64,000 nt of DNA, taken from NCBI GenBank assembly GCA_964252075.1, contig CAXULY010000007.1, forward strand, positions 131,372-195,371, given 5' to 3'. Positions 1 to 10,200 of this stretch are shown here, one piece after another. This DNA comes from an uncultured Deinococcaceae bacterium. GTDB taxonomy: Bacteria; Deinococcota; Deinococci; Deinococcales; Deinococcaceae. The translations under genes were made by a program, and so were the position numbers. How positions within the stretch are numbered: the stretch's first letter is position 1; the number at the start of each line of letters is the position of its first letter. Below the pieces are notes generated by a model that did not search any database, had not been told where the DNA came from, and worked only from the letters and a program-made list of their open reading frames with translations.

Positions 1-27
1 TCACGGCGGGGCGCGCTTCCGCGACGG

Positions 28-900
28 TCACCGGCCGGGCCACCCGGAGGGCAGGTCCGTGAGGGCCGCGCGGTCGGCCCACACGCGCATGCCGTGCAGC
101 GGCGCGCTCCCGAAGGACGTGCAGAAGGCCACGTCCGCCGCGTCGCGGCCCACCGCGATGCGCACGCGGCCCGTGCGGGGCCTGTTGTGGCGCGCGTCGA
201 AGGTGCGCCACGCGCCGCCCACCCAGGCCTCGAACCACGCGTGGAAGTCCATGGGGCGGTCGTCCGGCGCCACGCCGATGTCCGGCAGGTAGCCGCACAC
301 GTACCGCGCGGGGATGTTCAGCGCGCGGCAGAAGGCCACGCCGAGGTGCGCGAAGTCGCGGCACACCCCGATGCGCGCGGCGTAGGCCTGCTGCGCGGTG
401 GTGCTGGGCGTGCTGCCCACGCCGTAACTGACGTGCGCGTGCAGGTGGTCGCTGATCGCCTGCACCTGCGCCCAGCCCCACGGCACCCCGCCGAAGCGGT
501 CCCAGGCTTCCTGCGCCAGCAGGTCCGCGTCACCGTAGCGGCTGGGCAGCAGGAACTGCAGGGTGTGCGCGGGAAGCGCCTCGACGGGCGTGCCGGGCAG
601 GTCGGGCAGCTGCGGGTCCGGGTCCGGGGAAACCTCGACCAGCAGGTCGTGCGCGACGGTGAGCGGTCCGGGCTGCGCGAGCAGGCGCCACACCACGTTC
701 CCGAGGGTGTCGCGGTACGTGCTGAAGTCCGCCTGGGGCGGGGTGGGCTGCAGCGCGCGGCGGGCCGCGACGAGGCGCTGGTCAGGGGCGTCCTGCGGCT
801 CCACCACGAACAGCATGGGGGTGGGCTGGGCGGGCTCGAAACGCAACTCGAAGCCCACCCGGACGCGCAGGGCAGGTCTGGCGGACTCGGGGCGCGTCAT
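28..900 (-). CDS. transglutaminase-like cysteine protease family protein
   Basis: C-terminal 291 aa of the 28..2796 minus-strand ORF contain a transglutaminase-core-like Cys motif ([27 protein letters not shown]). The upstream part of that ORF is a GC-rich frame artefact antisense to the real gene at 1021..3051. Start chosen at ATG 898-900 (MTRPESARP). Confidence 0.65.
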   Translation of the reverse strand: MTRPESARPALRVRVGFELRFEPAQPTPMLFVVEPQDAPDQRLVAARRALQPTPPQADFSTYRDTLGNVVWRLLAQPGPLTVAHDLLVEVSPDPDPQLPDLPGTPVEALPAHTLQFLLPSRYGDADLLAQEAWDRFGGVPWGWAQVQAISDHLHAHVSYGVGSTPSTTAQQAYAARIGVCRDFAHLGVAFCRALNIPARYVCGYLPDIGVAPDDRPMDFHAWFEAWVGGAWRTFDARHNRPRTGRVRIAVGRDAADVAFCTSFGSAPLHGMRVWADRAALTDLPSGWPGR

Positions 901-1020
901 CCTGGGAGTGTAGAGCGCTGCGCGCGTGACCGCGGCGAAGTTGTGCGGGCAACTGCACGCCCCCTTCACAATCTCGCGCGGCGCAGCTTCCGCGGCGCAC
1001 CCCTCCCCTATCCTGGCGGC

Positions 1021-3051
1021 ATGAACCGCCTCGCGCACGAATCCAGCCCGTACCTGCTGCAGCACGCCGCGAACCCCGTGGACTGGTACCCGTGGGGTGA
1101 GGAGGCCTTCGGGCGCGCCCTCGCGGAGGACAAGCCCATCCTGCTGAGCGTCGGGTACTCCACCTGCCACTGGTGTCACGTGATGGCGCACGAGAGCTTC
1201 GAGGACGAGCGCGTGGCCGCGTACATGAACGCGCACTTCGTGAACGTGAAGCTGGACCGCGAGGAACGCCCGGACGTGGACGCCGTGTACATGGCGGCGG
1301 TGCAGGCCATGACGAGCGCGGGCGGCTGGCCCATGACGGTGTTCCTGATGCCGGACGGGCGGCCCTTCTACGCGGGCACGTACTTCCCGCCCACGGACCG
1401 CCAGGGCATGCCGGGCTTCGCGCGGGTGCTGCAGTCCGTGGCGGCGGCGTGGGCAGAGCGGCGTGACGACCTCAGGCAGAACGCGGACGCCCTCACGGAG
1501 CACGTCCAGGCCATCAGCGCGCCGCGCGGGAGCGCGCAGGACCTCCCGCCGGACCTTGCCACTCGTGGGCTGGAGGGCCTGCACCGCCTGTACGACCCGG
1601 TGCACGGTGGGTTCGGGAGCGCCCCGAAATTCCCCGCGCCGACGCTGCTGGCGTACCTGCTGACGCAGCCGGAGGGGCGCGAGATGGCGCTCAGCACGCT
1701 GCGGTTCATGGCGCGCGGCGGCCTGCACGACCAGCTGGGGGGCGGCTTTCACCGCTACAGCGTGGACGCCCGCTGGCTGGTGCCGCACTTCGAGAAGATG
1801 CTGTACGACAACGCGCAGCTCACGCGCGCGTACCTGTGGGCGTGGCAGGTGAGCGGCGACGGGGCCTTCCTGGCGGTCGCGCGCGACACGCTGGCGTACC
1901 TGGAGCGCGAGATGCGCGCCCCGGAGGGCGGCTTCTACAGCGCGCAGGACGCGGACCAGGAGGGCATCGAGGGGCAGTTCTTCGTGTGGACGCCCGGGGA
2001 GTTCCGGGACCTGCTGGGGGACGACGCGGCGCTCGCCGCGCGGCACTGGGGCGTGACGGACGCCGGGAACTTCATGGACCCGCACCACCCGGAGTTCGGG
2101 CGGCGCTCGGTGCTGAGCGTGGTGGAGGACGAGGCGGGGCTCGCGGCGCACTTCGACCTGCCCGTGGAGGAGGTGCGCGCGCGGCTGGAGCGCGCGCGCG
2201 CCGTGCTGTTCGAGGCGCGCGAGGCCCGCCCGCGGCCCGGCCTGGACGACAAGGTGCTCACCTCCTGGAACGGACTGGCCCTCATGGCCTTCGCGGAGGC
2301 CGCGCGGCTGACGGGGGACGCGCACCTGCTGGAGGTCGCGCGGCAGAACGCGGACTTCATCCGCGCGCGCCTGCAGGACGGGCAGGGTGGGCTGCTGCAC
2401 GTGTTCGGGGGCGGGCAGGCACGGGTCGCGGGGCTGCTGGAGGACCAGGCGATCTACGCGCTGGGCCTGATCGAGCTGTACCGCGCGGGCGGCGACCTGA
2501 CGCACCTGCACTGGGCGCGGGACCTGTGGGCGGTGTCGCGCCGCGGGTACTTCGATGAGGCGAGCGGGGTGTTCCTCTCGACGGGCGCGGGCGCGGAGGC
2601 GCTGATCGCGCGGCGCGCGGAGGGCTTCGACGCGGCGGTCATCAGCGACAACGCGGCGGCGGCGCTGCTGGGCGCGTGGATCGCGCGGTACTTCGATGAC
2701 GCGGACGCCGAGGCGGTGGCGGCGCGCGTGGTGCGCGCGTACGCGCCGGACCTGCTGGCCGCGCCGAGCGGCTTCGGCGGCCTGTGGCAGGTGCACGCGC
2801 TGCTGCAGGCGCCCCGGGTGGAGGTGGCGGTGCTGGGCGCGCCGCAGCAGCGCGCGCCGTTCGAGCGGGCGCTCGCGGGGCGTTTCCTGCCGTTCGTGGC
2901 GCTCGCCCCGGCGGAGGGGCCGGGCGGCCTGCCGCTGCTGGAGGACCGGAGGGGCGAGGGCGTGGCCTTCGTGTGCCGGAACTTCGCGTGCGACCTGCCC
3001 GCGCGGGACGTGGGGACCTTCGAGGCGCAGCTCGCGGCGCTGGGGGACTGA
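1021..3051 (+). CDS. thioredoxin-domain protein, DUF255/YyaL (N-acylglucosamine 2-epimerase-like) family
   Basis: Homology-like sequence begins at [30 protein letters not shown]...[15 protein letters not shown], the typical DUF255 thioredoxin-like N-terminus. ATG at 1021. The 94..1020 part of the ORF is a non-coding extension. Confidence 0.85.
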   Translation: MNRLAHESSPYLLQHAANPVDWYPWGEEAFGRALAEDKPILLSVGYSTCHWCHVMAHESFEDERVAAYMNAHFVNVKLDREERPDVDAVYMAAVQAMTSAGGWPMTVFLMPDGRPFYAGTYFPPTDRQGMPGFARVLQSVAAAWAERRDDLRQNADALTEHVQAISAPRGSAQDLPPDLATRGLEGLHRLYDPVHGGFGSAPKFPAPTLLAYLLTQPEGREMALSTLRFMARGGLHDQLGGGFHRYSVDARWLVPHFEKMLYDNAQLTRAYLWAWQVSGDGAFLAVARDTLAYLEREMRAPEGGFYSAQDADQEGIEGQFFVWTPGEFRDLLGDDAALAARHWGVTDAGNFMDPHHPEFGRRSVLSVVEDEAGLAAHFDLPVEEVRARLERARAVLFEAREARPRPGLDDKVLTSWNGLALMAFAEAARLTGDAHLLEVARQNADFIRARLQDGQGGLLHVFGGGQARVAGLLEDQAIYALGLIELYRAGGDLTHLHWARDLWAVSRRGYFDEASGVFLSTGAGAEALIARRAEGFDAAVISDNAAAALLGAWIARYFDDADAEAVAARVVRAYAPDLLAAPSGFGGLWQVHALLQAPRVEVAVLGAPQQRAPFERALAGRFLPFVALAPAEGPGGLPLLEDRRGEGVAFVCRNFACDLPARDVGTFEAQLAALGD

Positions 3052-3060
3052 ACGCGGGCC

Positions 3061-3453
3061 TCAGGGCGCGGGGGGCGTGACCCACTGCACCAGCTGGTAC
3101 ACGAGGCCGTTGGGGTCCTGCATCTGAAAGTACCGCTCGCCCCACGGCTCCGTCTCGATGGGCGTCACGATGGGCACGCCTTCCGCCTGCAGGCGCGCGT
3201 ACTCGGCGTCGATGTCATCCACGACGAGGGCGATGAGCAGGCCCTCGCCGGCGTCCCCGGCGCGGTGGGGCGGCTTAAAGGTGGGCAGGCCGGTGCGCAG
3301 GAAGATCAGGTTGAAGCCCACGTCGGGGCGCGTGAGGGAGGACACGCCGTCCACCGCCATCTCCTCGGTGAAGGCGAGGTGCGTGATGGCGAAGTGCGCG
3401 GATGCGGGCACGTCCTGGACATTCAGGGAGAGCGCGGAAGCGGTCACGTTCAT
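3061..3453 (-). CDS. glyoxalase/bleomycin-resistance (VOC) family protein
   Basis: 131-aa C-terminal segment of ORF 3061..4353. Starts MNVTASALSLNVQDV with GGAGG RBS 7 nt upstream. Small VOC-fold size and motif pattern. Confidence 0.75.
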   Translation of the reverse strand: MNVTASALSLNVQDVPASAHFAITHLAFTEEMAVDGVSSLTRPDVGFNLIFLRTGLPTFKPPHRAGDAGEGLLIALVVDDIDAEYARLQAEGVPIVTPIETEPWGERYFQMQDPNGLVYQLVQWVTPPAP

Positions 3454-3488
3454 GGTCGTTCCTCCTGACAAGAACTGCGCGGCTTTCT

Positions 3489-3513
3489 CGTACAATGTAC
3501 GGTACAGGGTACG
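3489..3513. promoter_or_regulatory. perfect 13-bp palindrome CGTACAATGTACG plus adjacent GTACAGGGTAC, in the 84-bp divergent intergenic region between the glyoxalase and TetR genes; candidate TetR operator
   Basis: Read directly: cgtacaatgtacg followed by gtacagggtacg. Confidence 0.4.
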
Positions 3514-3537
3514 ACGCGGATAGAATGGCGTCAAGTC

Positions 3538-4314
3538 ATGCCTCGAGACCCGAACGCCGCCGACCCCGCACGCACGCTCGCGTTGCTGTGGCGGCAGTAC
3601 ACCCGCACGGGCCGCTCGGGCCTCACGCTCGACGGCATCGTAACGACCGCCATTCACCTCGCGGACGACGAGGGCCTCGAACAGCTCACCATGCGCCGCC
3701 TCGCGGAGCAGCTCACGGTCGGCACCATGACGCTCTACACGCACGTGCCGGGCCGCGCGGAACTGCTTGCCCTGATGGTGGACCTCGCCTACGCCGACCT
3801 GTACCCCACCGGCGAGCCGCCACCCGCGCCTGCCTGGCGGGACGGCCTGCGCGCGGTCGCCGAACGCAACTGGGCGCTCCTGCTCCTGCACCCGTGGCTG
3901 CTGGACCTGAACCTCAGCCGCCCTTCCCTCGGTCCGCACGGCCTGTTGAAGTACGAGCGTGAACTCGCGCCGCTGGACGGCCTGGGCCTCGCGGACACCG
4001 AGATGGACGCCGTGCTGACCCTGCTGCTCACGCACGTGGAGGGCTGCGCGCGGCTTCAGCAGCAGGTGCGCCGCAACCAGCAGGACAGCGGCCGGAGTGA
4101 CGAGGAGTGGTGGGCGCAGAGCGCGCCGCTGCTTTCCCAGGTGTTCGACGCGCGGCGCTTCCCGCTGGCCGCCCGGGTCGGCACGGCGGCGGGCGAGGCG
4201 CACCAGGGACCCAGCAACCCACGCCACGCCTTCACCTTCGGGCTGGAGCGCATCCTGGACGGCGTTCAGGTGCTGCTCTCGGTGCGGCAGGACGCGGCCC
4301 CACCCTCGGACTGA
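3538..4314 (+). CDS. TetR/AcrR family transcriptional regulator
   Basis: N-terminal HTH region (TLDGIVTTAIHLADDEGLEQLTMRRLAEQLTVGTMTLYTHV) followed by a TetR_C-like ligand domain. Divergent from the VOC gene. Confidence 0.85.
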   Translation: MPRDPNAADPARTLALLWRQYTRTGRSGLTLDGIVTTAIHLADDEGLEQLTMRRLAEQLTVGTMTLYTHVPGRAELLALMVDLAYADLYPTGEPPPAPAWRDGLRAVAERNWALLLLHPWLLDLNLSRPSLGPHGLLKYERELAPLDGLGLADTEMDAVLTLLLTHVEGCARLQQQVRRNQQDSGRSDEEWWAQSAPLLSQVFDARRFPLAARVGTAAGEAHQGPSNPRHAFTFGLERILDGVQVLLSVRQDAAPPSD

Positions 4315-4361
4315 AGGTGGGGCCACGTGGCGCACGCGGGTGGCGCAGGCCACCCGTGAAT

Positions 4362-5454
4362 TCAGTGCTTGGTGGCGTCGCCGGAGGGCGTGCCGGTGGC
4401 GGGGGTCGTCTTGGACTGCGCGCCCTGACCGGACGCGCTCCCCGACGCGGCGGTGCCGCCCTGGGTCTGGTTGGCCTGCGCCTTGTCCTTCTGGGCGTCG
4501 GTGGCCTGCGCCTGCGGCTGCTCGCCCTCGGCGCGCTTGCCGGCGTCACTGGTGGACGACGGCGAGGCGTACGCGCTCGCGCCCTGACCGCCGCGCGGTG
4601 CGGCGGGAGCGGCCGCCGCGCCCGGCTCGTCGCGCTCCAGCCACACGCTCCCGATGATGTTGCGCACCTGACGCCCGCCGCTGTGCAGGGCGTCCGCCGC
4701 CTGCGGGCTCACGCTGCGCACGCCGTCCAGGATGCCCTGACGCACCCTCGGGTTGCGCGCCAGCAGGTAGGCGCCGACGCCCACGAGCGCCACCGTGAAC
4801 AGCGTGGAGCCGCTGGAGCCACCCGAGCTGCGCCGGGCGCCCTTCTCGGTGATCTCCAACTGCGCCTCCAGCTTCGCGAGGCGCTTCATGGCCTTCGCGC
4901 TGGCTTTCGCGGCCTCGCGCATGGCGGCCTTCTCCAGCCTGCTGCGGCGCACCTTCAGTTCACTGCGCGTCTGTGCGGCCACCTTGCCTGCGCGCCGGAC
5001 GCCCGCGGCGGCCTTGCCCGCCTGCTTCGCGCCCTGCGCGGCCTGCCTCGCCACGACGGACTGCGCGATGTTCCCCGCTTCCTTCGCGACGGTCTGCGCG
5101 CCGCTCACGGCCTGCTGCGCGACCACCTGCGCGCCCTCCAGGCCCGTGTGCAGGAGGCTGGCGCCGCCCTCTCGCAGCTGACCGAGGCGCTCTCCGCCGC
5201 CCTGCAGGGCGCTCTGCGCGACTTCCTGCACGAGGCTCCCCGCTTCCTTCGCAAGGGGCGTGACGGTCTTCACGGTGTCCCCGTAGGTGTGCACCGCGAC
5301 TTCCGCGGCGGTGCCGCTCACGTCCCGCACCTGCTCGATGAGGCGGTCGCGCAGATCCTTGCGGGCGATGAGGGCGGTGATCAGGGCGGTCAGTGCGATG
5401 GACCCCAGCGGCGCGGACCGCTTTGTGGTGGCTGTGGTGGTCATGGTGCAGCTC
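4362..5454 (-). CDS. LEA-group-3/apolipoprotein-like repeat protein with N-terminal TM helix and Q/A/G/S/T-rich disordered C-terminus
   Basis: Clear 11-residue periodicity (GAQVVAQQAVS / GAQTVAKEAGN / IAQSVVARQAA / QGAKQAGKAAA / GVRRAGKVAAQ). TM segment PLGSIALTALITALIA. AAAGGAG RBS before ATG 5452-5454. Confidence 0.6.
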
Positions 5455-5561
5455 CTTTCGCGCCGGGTGGCCCGGCGGGTTCGGCTCATTGTGGGTCGCG
5501 CGCTTCTGTGGCGGATGGGATGGGCGTAAGGGCGGCCTAAAGGAAGGGTGACCGCTGAGCT

Positions 5562-6818
5562 TCAGTTGCGGAAGATGACCTGCTCGCGCCCGAAGCTGCG
5601 CAGCGCCAGCCACGTCACGAGCGCCGTCGCGACGAGGTTCACGGCCACGGCGAGCGCCGCGCCCGGCGCGTTCAGCGCGCCCTTCACGAGGTCCAGGATG
5701 ACCAGCATGGCGTTCACGAGCGGAATGGCGTACAGCGCCGTGCCGCGCGTCAGGAAGTCCGCGAACTGCAGCAGCACCGCGGGAATCACGATGAAGATGC
5801 TGATGGGCGCCACGTAGGTCTGCGCTTCCTTGTAGCTGCGCGCGAAGATCGCCACGGCGATCAGCACGCCGGAAATCAGGAGCGCCACGCTGAGCACCAT
5901 GATGATCAGCACACCCAGGTCCGCCGGGCCGAGCGACAGGGTGCCGCCGAGCGCCTGCTGGACGTCCGCGCGGCCGCTCGCCCCGCCGCGCGTGAGGAGG
6001 CGCGAGAGCGGCCCGGCGAGCGCGAGGCCAATCACGCTGAAGGCCGACGTGAGGATCGCGAAGAGGGTGGTGGCGAGCAGCTTGCCCACCACGACCTCCA
6101 CGCGCCGCACGGGGGACACCAGCAGCACCTCCAGCGTGCCGCGCTCCTTCTCACCGGCCGTGCTGTCGATGGCGGTCGCCATGGCGCCCGCCAGGATGAA
6201 CTGCAGCATGAACATCGGGATGATGAACGCGAGCTGCCCGCCGCGCTTCTCGGCGGTGGTGCTGGCGTCCACGGTGTCCACCCGCACGGGTGTCAGGAAC
6301 GCCGTGCTGAGCCCCAGGCGCGTGAGGCTTTTGCCGACCAGTTCGGTGTTGTAGGCGTTCAGGGTGCCCTGCACCTTGCTGGTGACGCCCGCGCTGGCCT
6401 TCAGGTTGCTGAGTTTGCTGTACAGCCGCACGGTGGCCGTCTCGCGGCCCGCGGCGCTCGGCAGGGCGGCGGGCAGCACGAGGGCGGCCTCCACCCGGCC
6501 GGCCTGCACGGCGCCCAGGGCGTCCGTGACGGGCACGAGGTCCATGCCCGCCTCCGTCACCTTGCCCTGCGCGTTCTTGGTGTCCTGCGTGAGGCGCGCG
6601 CGCAGCTCGGCGGGCATGCGGTCCAGGCCCACCACGCCCACCTGCTGGCGCTGCGTCTGCTGCCCGGTGAACAGCGACCCGAGCAGCAGCGGGAAGCCCA
6701 CCGTGAAGAGCGGAATGAGGATCAGGGGAATCAGGATGGTGCTGCGCAGGGTGCGGCGGTCCCGGAAGGTGGAGAGCAGTTCCTTGTACGCGACTTTCCA
6801 GACGTAATACGGGCGCAT
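5562..6818 (-). CDS. ABC-2 type transporter permease (NatB-like)
   Basis: 418 aa. N-terminal TM helix, large extracytoplasmic loop, C-terminal five-helix ABC-2 bundle (IIPMFMLQFILAGAMATAIDSTAGEKERGTLEVLLVSPV). Confidence 0.85.
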   Translation of the reverse strand: MRPYYVWKVAYKELLSTFRDRRTLRSTILIPLILIPLFTVGFPLLLGSLFTGQQTQRQQVGVVGLDRMPAELRARLTQDTKNAQGKVTEAGMDLVPVTDALGAVQAGRVEAALVLPAALPSAAGRETATVRLYSKLSNLKASAGVTSKVQGTLNAYNTELVGKSLTRLGLSTAFLTPVRVDTVDASTTAEKRGGQLAFIIPMFMLQFILAGAMATAIDSTAGEKERGTLEVLLVSPVRRVEVVVGKLLATTLFAILTSAFSVIGLALAGPLSRLLTRGGASGRADVQQALGGTLSLGPADLGVLIIMVLSVALLISGVLIAVAIFARSYKEAQTYVAPISIFIVIPAVLLQFADFLTRGTALYAIPLVNAMLVILDLVKGALNAPGAALAVAVNLVATALVTWLALRSFGREQVIFRN

Positions 6819-6833
6819 GGGGCTCCTTGAGGG

Positions 6834-7628
6834 CTAGCGGGTGGGGGTGGCCTGCTGCGCCTCGCGCTGCAGCAGCCGGAAGAAGGCGCGTTCCAGTGAG
6901 GTCTCGTTCGTCTGCGCGAGCACCTCCGGCACCGTGCCGACCGTGAGGAGGCGCCCGTGGTCGATGATCGCGACGCGGTCGCAGACTTCCTCGGCCTCGC
7001 TCATGACGTGCGTGGAGTACAGCACCAGCTTGCCGGGCTGCCGGTACGCCAGCACGAAGTCCAGCAGCGCGCGGCGCGCCAGCACGTCCAGGCCGCTGGC
7101 GGCCTCGTCGAGGATCAGCACGGCGGGGTCGTGGATGACGGCGCGCGCGATCACGATCTTCTGCTTCATGCCGGTGCTGTACTCGGCGGCGCGGCGCTCC
7201 AGGGTGCCGCTGAGGTCCAGCAGGCCGTCCAGCACCGCGATGCGCGCGTCCACCGCGGCTTCCGGCATGCCGTACAGGCTCCCGAAGTACCGCAGGGTCT
7301 CGCGGCCCGTGAGGCGGTCGTAGAGGCCCATACCGCCGTTCACCACGCCAATCACGCGGCGCACCGCTTCGGGTTCGCGCGTCACGTCGTGGCCCGCCAC
7401 GACCGCGCGCCCGGCGGTGGGGCGCAGCAGCGTGGCGAGCGTGCGCAGCAGGGTGGTCTTGCCCGCGCCGTTCGGGCCGAGCAGGCCGTACACCTCACCG
7501 CCCGCGGCGCTCAGGGTGATGTCGTTGAGCGCCGCGAAGGCCCCGTAGCGCTTGGAGAGCTGCTGGATGTCCAGCATGAGGCCGGTGGTGGGCGGTGGAG
7601 CGCTGGTGACGTCGGGGCGTGCGTTCAC
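6834..7628 (-). CDS. ABC transporter ATP-binding protein (NatA-like)
   Basis: Walker A GPNGAGKTT, signature YSTGMKQK, Walker B LILDEA. GTG start at 7626-7628 preceded by GGAGG. Confidence 0.9.
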   Translation of the reverse strand: MNARPDVTSAPPPTTGLMLDIQQLSKRYGAFAALNDITLSAAGGEVYGLLGPNGAGKTTLLRTLATLLRPTAGRAVVAGHDVTREPEAVRRVIGVVNGGMGLYDRLTGRETLRYFGSLYGMPEAAVDARIAVLDGLLDLSGTLERRAAEYSTGMKQKIVIARAVIHDPAVLILDEAASGLDVLARRALLDFVLAYRQPGKLVLYSTHVMSEAEEVCDRVAIIDHGRLLTVGTVPEVLAQTNETSLERAFFRLLQREAQQATPTR

Positions 7629-7849
7629 AGGTGGACCTCCGGGGTGTCGTCCTGCACCGCGTCATCCTGGAAGATGTCCTCGATGCGCTGGTGGAACAAC
7701 CGGGCGATGCGGAAGGCGAGCGGCAGGCTGGGGTCGTAGCGGCCCGTCTCGAGGGCGTTGATGGTCTGGCGGGAGACGTCCAGGCGGTCGGCGAGGTCCG
7801 CCTGCGTCCAGCCGCGCTGGGCGCGCAGCACGCGGATCACGTTGTTCAT
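7625..7849 (-). CDS. XRE-family (Cro/C1-type HTH) transcriptional regulator, YozG-like
   Basis: 74 aa with HTH WTQADLADRLDVSRQTINALETG. Its stop overlaps the ABC ATPase GTG start (GTGA). Confidence 0.8.
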   Translation of the reverse strand: MNNVIRVLRAQRGWTQADLADRLDVSRQTINALETGRYDPSLPLAFRIARLFHQRIEDIFQDDAVQDDTPEVHL

Positions 7850-7942
7850 GGTTGCGCTCCCTTCACGGATGGACGCCCGGACGTTCCCGGCAGGCCCATG
7901 CGCGGGCGGGGGTGACGGCGCACAAGGAGGCGGGGTGCGGGC

Positions 7943-8350
7943 TCACGCGGCGTCCCGTTCGCGGGTGGCGATCACGGCGGTCGCGACGCCCCAGCTCAGC
8001 ATGCCGAAGACGTACACGGCCCACAGCGGCACCTGGAAACCCAGCGCGGCCTGCAGGGCGTAGGTGCAGGCGGTGGCGAGCATGGTGAGCAGGAAGGCGG
8101 CGCTGCCCGCGCGCTGGTGCAGGCGGCGCCCGTACTCGTCCATCTGGAGGTAGCCGCGCCAGAACATGACGGCGAGCGCGAGGGGCAGCACCAGCAGCAG
8201 GCCGCTGGTGAAGCCGTGCATGAAGCTGCTGCCGGTGCGGCGCGCCAGGACGCTGCTGATCAGGCCGAGCGCGGCAATGAGGAGGCTGCCGGCGAGACCG
8301 CCGAGCATGGCGGTGCGGATCTTCTGTTCTCTGCGGGACGGTCGGCTCAT
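7943..8350 (-). CDS. small integral membrane protein (3-4 TM), uncharacterised
   Basis: 135 aa, strongly hydrophobic segments. GAGGG RBS 6 nt upstream of ATG. Confidence 0.55.
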   Translation of the reverse strand: MSRPSRREQKIRTAMLGGLAGSLLIAALGLISSVLARRTGSSFMHGFTSGLLLVLPLALAVMFWRGYLQMDEYGRRLHQRAGSAAFLLTMLATACTYALQAALGFQVPLWAVYVFGMLSWGVATAVIATRERDAA

Positions 8351-8368
8351 GGTGACCCTCGTTTCTGT

Positions 8369-8409
8369 GTGACAAGTTCGCTTGACTCAAGGTAAAGCGA
8401 ACTTGTCAC
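8369..8409. promoter_or_regulatory. perfect 15-bp inverted repeat GTGACAAGTTCGCTT-N11-AAGCGAACTTGTCAC overlapping a sigma70-like promoter (TTGACA-17 nt-TACCTT on the minus strand) 19 bp upstream of the membrane-protein gene
   Basis: Read directly from sequence. -35 is rc of 8412-8417 and -10 is rc of 8389-8394. Confidence 0.55.
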
Positions 8410-8479
8410 CGTGTCAAGGGTGCTTGACCAGCGGGAGCAAAAAGAACGCCGGGCAACCCCGGCGTTCCCACACGATCCC

Positions 8480-9253
8480 TCAGACGAACTGCTGCTCCTC
8501 CACGCGCGGCGGCTCCGCATCCGCCGACGCCTCTGCCTGAATGGGCGGCAACGGCGCGTCCCCCAGCAGCAGGCTCCCCATCTCGTTCAGGCCCCGCCCG
8601 AGCGGGGCCTCATCCGGCAGCGCCTCCTCGGGCAGCGGGTGGCGCTGCGCCAGCTCCATGTAGCCCTGCACGAGCGCGCGGTGCTGACTCAGGAACTGCG
8701 CGTACTCGGCCCGCACGCGGCTCAGGGCGCTCAGCCACTCGTTGTGGCGGGCGTTGAAGCGCGCCTCGGCGTCCGCCATGCGCAGCGCGAGGCCGCGGTC
8801 CAGCTCGTGGTGCCGCTGCTGGAACTGCGCCTCCAGCGCCAGCATGCGCTCGCGGTGGCGCGCCTCCAGCTCCGCCGCGCGCGCCTGATGCCCCGCCTCC
8901 AGCGCCTGACGGCGCGCCTCGGTCTCGCTGCTCAGGCCGTCGGCGCGGTCCGTCGCCTCGCGCAGCAGCAGGTCCGCCTCGCGCTGCGCGTTCTGCTTCA
9001 GTTCATTCCCGATGCGTTCCGCCGCCACCACCGTGCGGCGCAGCTCGTCTTCCGAGGCGCGGTACTCGTCGAGGCGCTTCTCCAGCTCCGACAGGCGCTC
9101 CTCCAGGGACCGGCGCTCACGCAGGGAATCTTCCAGCTCTTCGGAGGCGCGCTCCAGAAACTCACGCACCTGGCGGCGCTGGTAGCCGGACAGGGCGCCC
9201 GAGAATTCCTGGTGGCGGAGGTCCAGAGGGGTCAGTTTCACGGTGTACTCCAT
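8480..9253 (-). CDS. divIVA: DivIVA-domain cell-division protein
   Basis: N-terminal [23 protein letters not shown] motif, then a long coiled coil. Confidence 0.85.
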   Translation of the reverse strand: MEYTVKLTPLDLRHQEFSGALSGYQRRQVREFLERASEELEDSLRERRSLEERLSELEKRLDEYRASEDELRRTVVAAERIGNELKQNAQREADLLLREATDRADGLSSETEARRQALEAGHQARAAELEARHRERMLALEAQFQQRHHELDRGLALRMADAEARFNARHNEWLSALSRVRAEYAQFLSQHRALVQGYMELAQRHPLPEEALPDEAPLGRGLNEMGSLLLGDAPLPPIQAEASADAEPPRVEEQQFV

Positions 9254-9909
9254 TCTTCAGCGCGGGGCGCCGGCTCCGCGAACAGCAGCCGACCCACCCG
9301 CACCAGCGTCGCGCCGTGCGCGATGGCCAGCTCGAAATCGTCACTCATGCCCATGCTCAGCTCGGACAGCCCCAAGTCATCGGCACGCGCGCGCGTCTCA
9401 GCGAACACGCGTGACGCGGCCACCGCATCATCGTGGGGCGCCATGACCATCAGCCCGCGTACCGTGAGGCCCATTTCGCTCACCTGATGGTACAACGCGC
9501 GCAGCGCCTCCGGCGCCACACCGTGCTTCTGCGGCTCACCGTTGTGCACCTGCAGCAGCAGCTCTGGCGCGCGCCCCCAGGTACCAGCGTACCGCGCCAC
9601 CGCTTCTGCCTGCCACGCCGCCTCCACCGTGTGAATGAGCGTCACGGGCTGCAGGTACTTCACTTTGTTCGCCTGAAGGGGCCCGATGAAGTGCCACTCG
9701 GGCGCCGCGTCCGCGAGTTCGCGCGCCTTGTCGCGCAGTTCCTGACCGCGGTTCTCCGCGAGGGGAAACGCCCCCTGGGCCAGGATGCGCTCGCGGATGG
9801 CCGCCGCGCCCTGCCCCTTGCTGACCGCCACGAGCTTCACGCTGCCCGGCGCGCGCCCCGCGCGCGCCTCCGCCGCCCGGATGCGCGAGATCACCCCGGT
9901 GAGGCTCAC
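9238..9909 (-). CDS. YggS/YlmE family pyridoxal-phosphate homeostasis protein
   Basis: VAVSKGQ...AENRGQEL...[13 protein letters not shown]...[25 protein letters not shown]. Start position uncertain (GTG candidates 9909/9927). Overlaps the divIVA start by 16 nt. Confidence 0.75.
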   Translation of the reverse strand: MSLTGVISRIRAAEARAGRAPGSVKLVAVSKGQGAAAIRERILAQGAFPLAENRGQELRDKARELADAAPEWHFIGPLQANKVKYLQPVTLIHTVEAAWQAEAVARYAGTWGRAPELLLQVHNGEPQKHGVAPEALRALYHQVSEMGLTVRGLMVMAPHDDAVAASRVFAETRARADDLGLSELSMGMSDDFELAIAHGATLVRVGRLLFAEPAPRAEEWSTP

Positions 9910-10200
9910 GCGCCCCACCTCGTCCACATCCGCTGCCCTGCGCTCACGGCCATCATCTTGGCGCCTGAGTGCAGCGCAGGCAAGTGACGCCTTCCTGACG
10001 CGTCTCCCCACGCAACTCATCACGCATTTACGCGTGAAGGCACTTTACCCGTATCATCTTGAGCGGATGTTTGAAGGTTCATCCTCTGCTGGCGCGCTCG
10101 ACCGAAAAAACAAATGCCCACGGCCTTGATGGAGTTCCCGTCAAGTGCCGTTCACCTTTCTCAGTGCAATCATGGCGAACCTGACATTTTAGGAGGATGA

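Noticed and set aside
94-1020. N-terminal 309-aa extension of the 985-aa ORF 94..3051
   Set aside because: Arg/Ala/Gly-rich GC-frame artefact. Recognisable DUF255 sequence starts at ATG 1021. It also overlaps the convergent transglutaminase-like gene.
4107-5540. 477-aa plus-strand ORF
   Set aside because: Antisense shadow of the LEA-like repeat gene.
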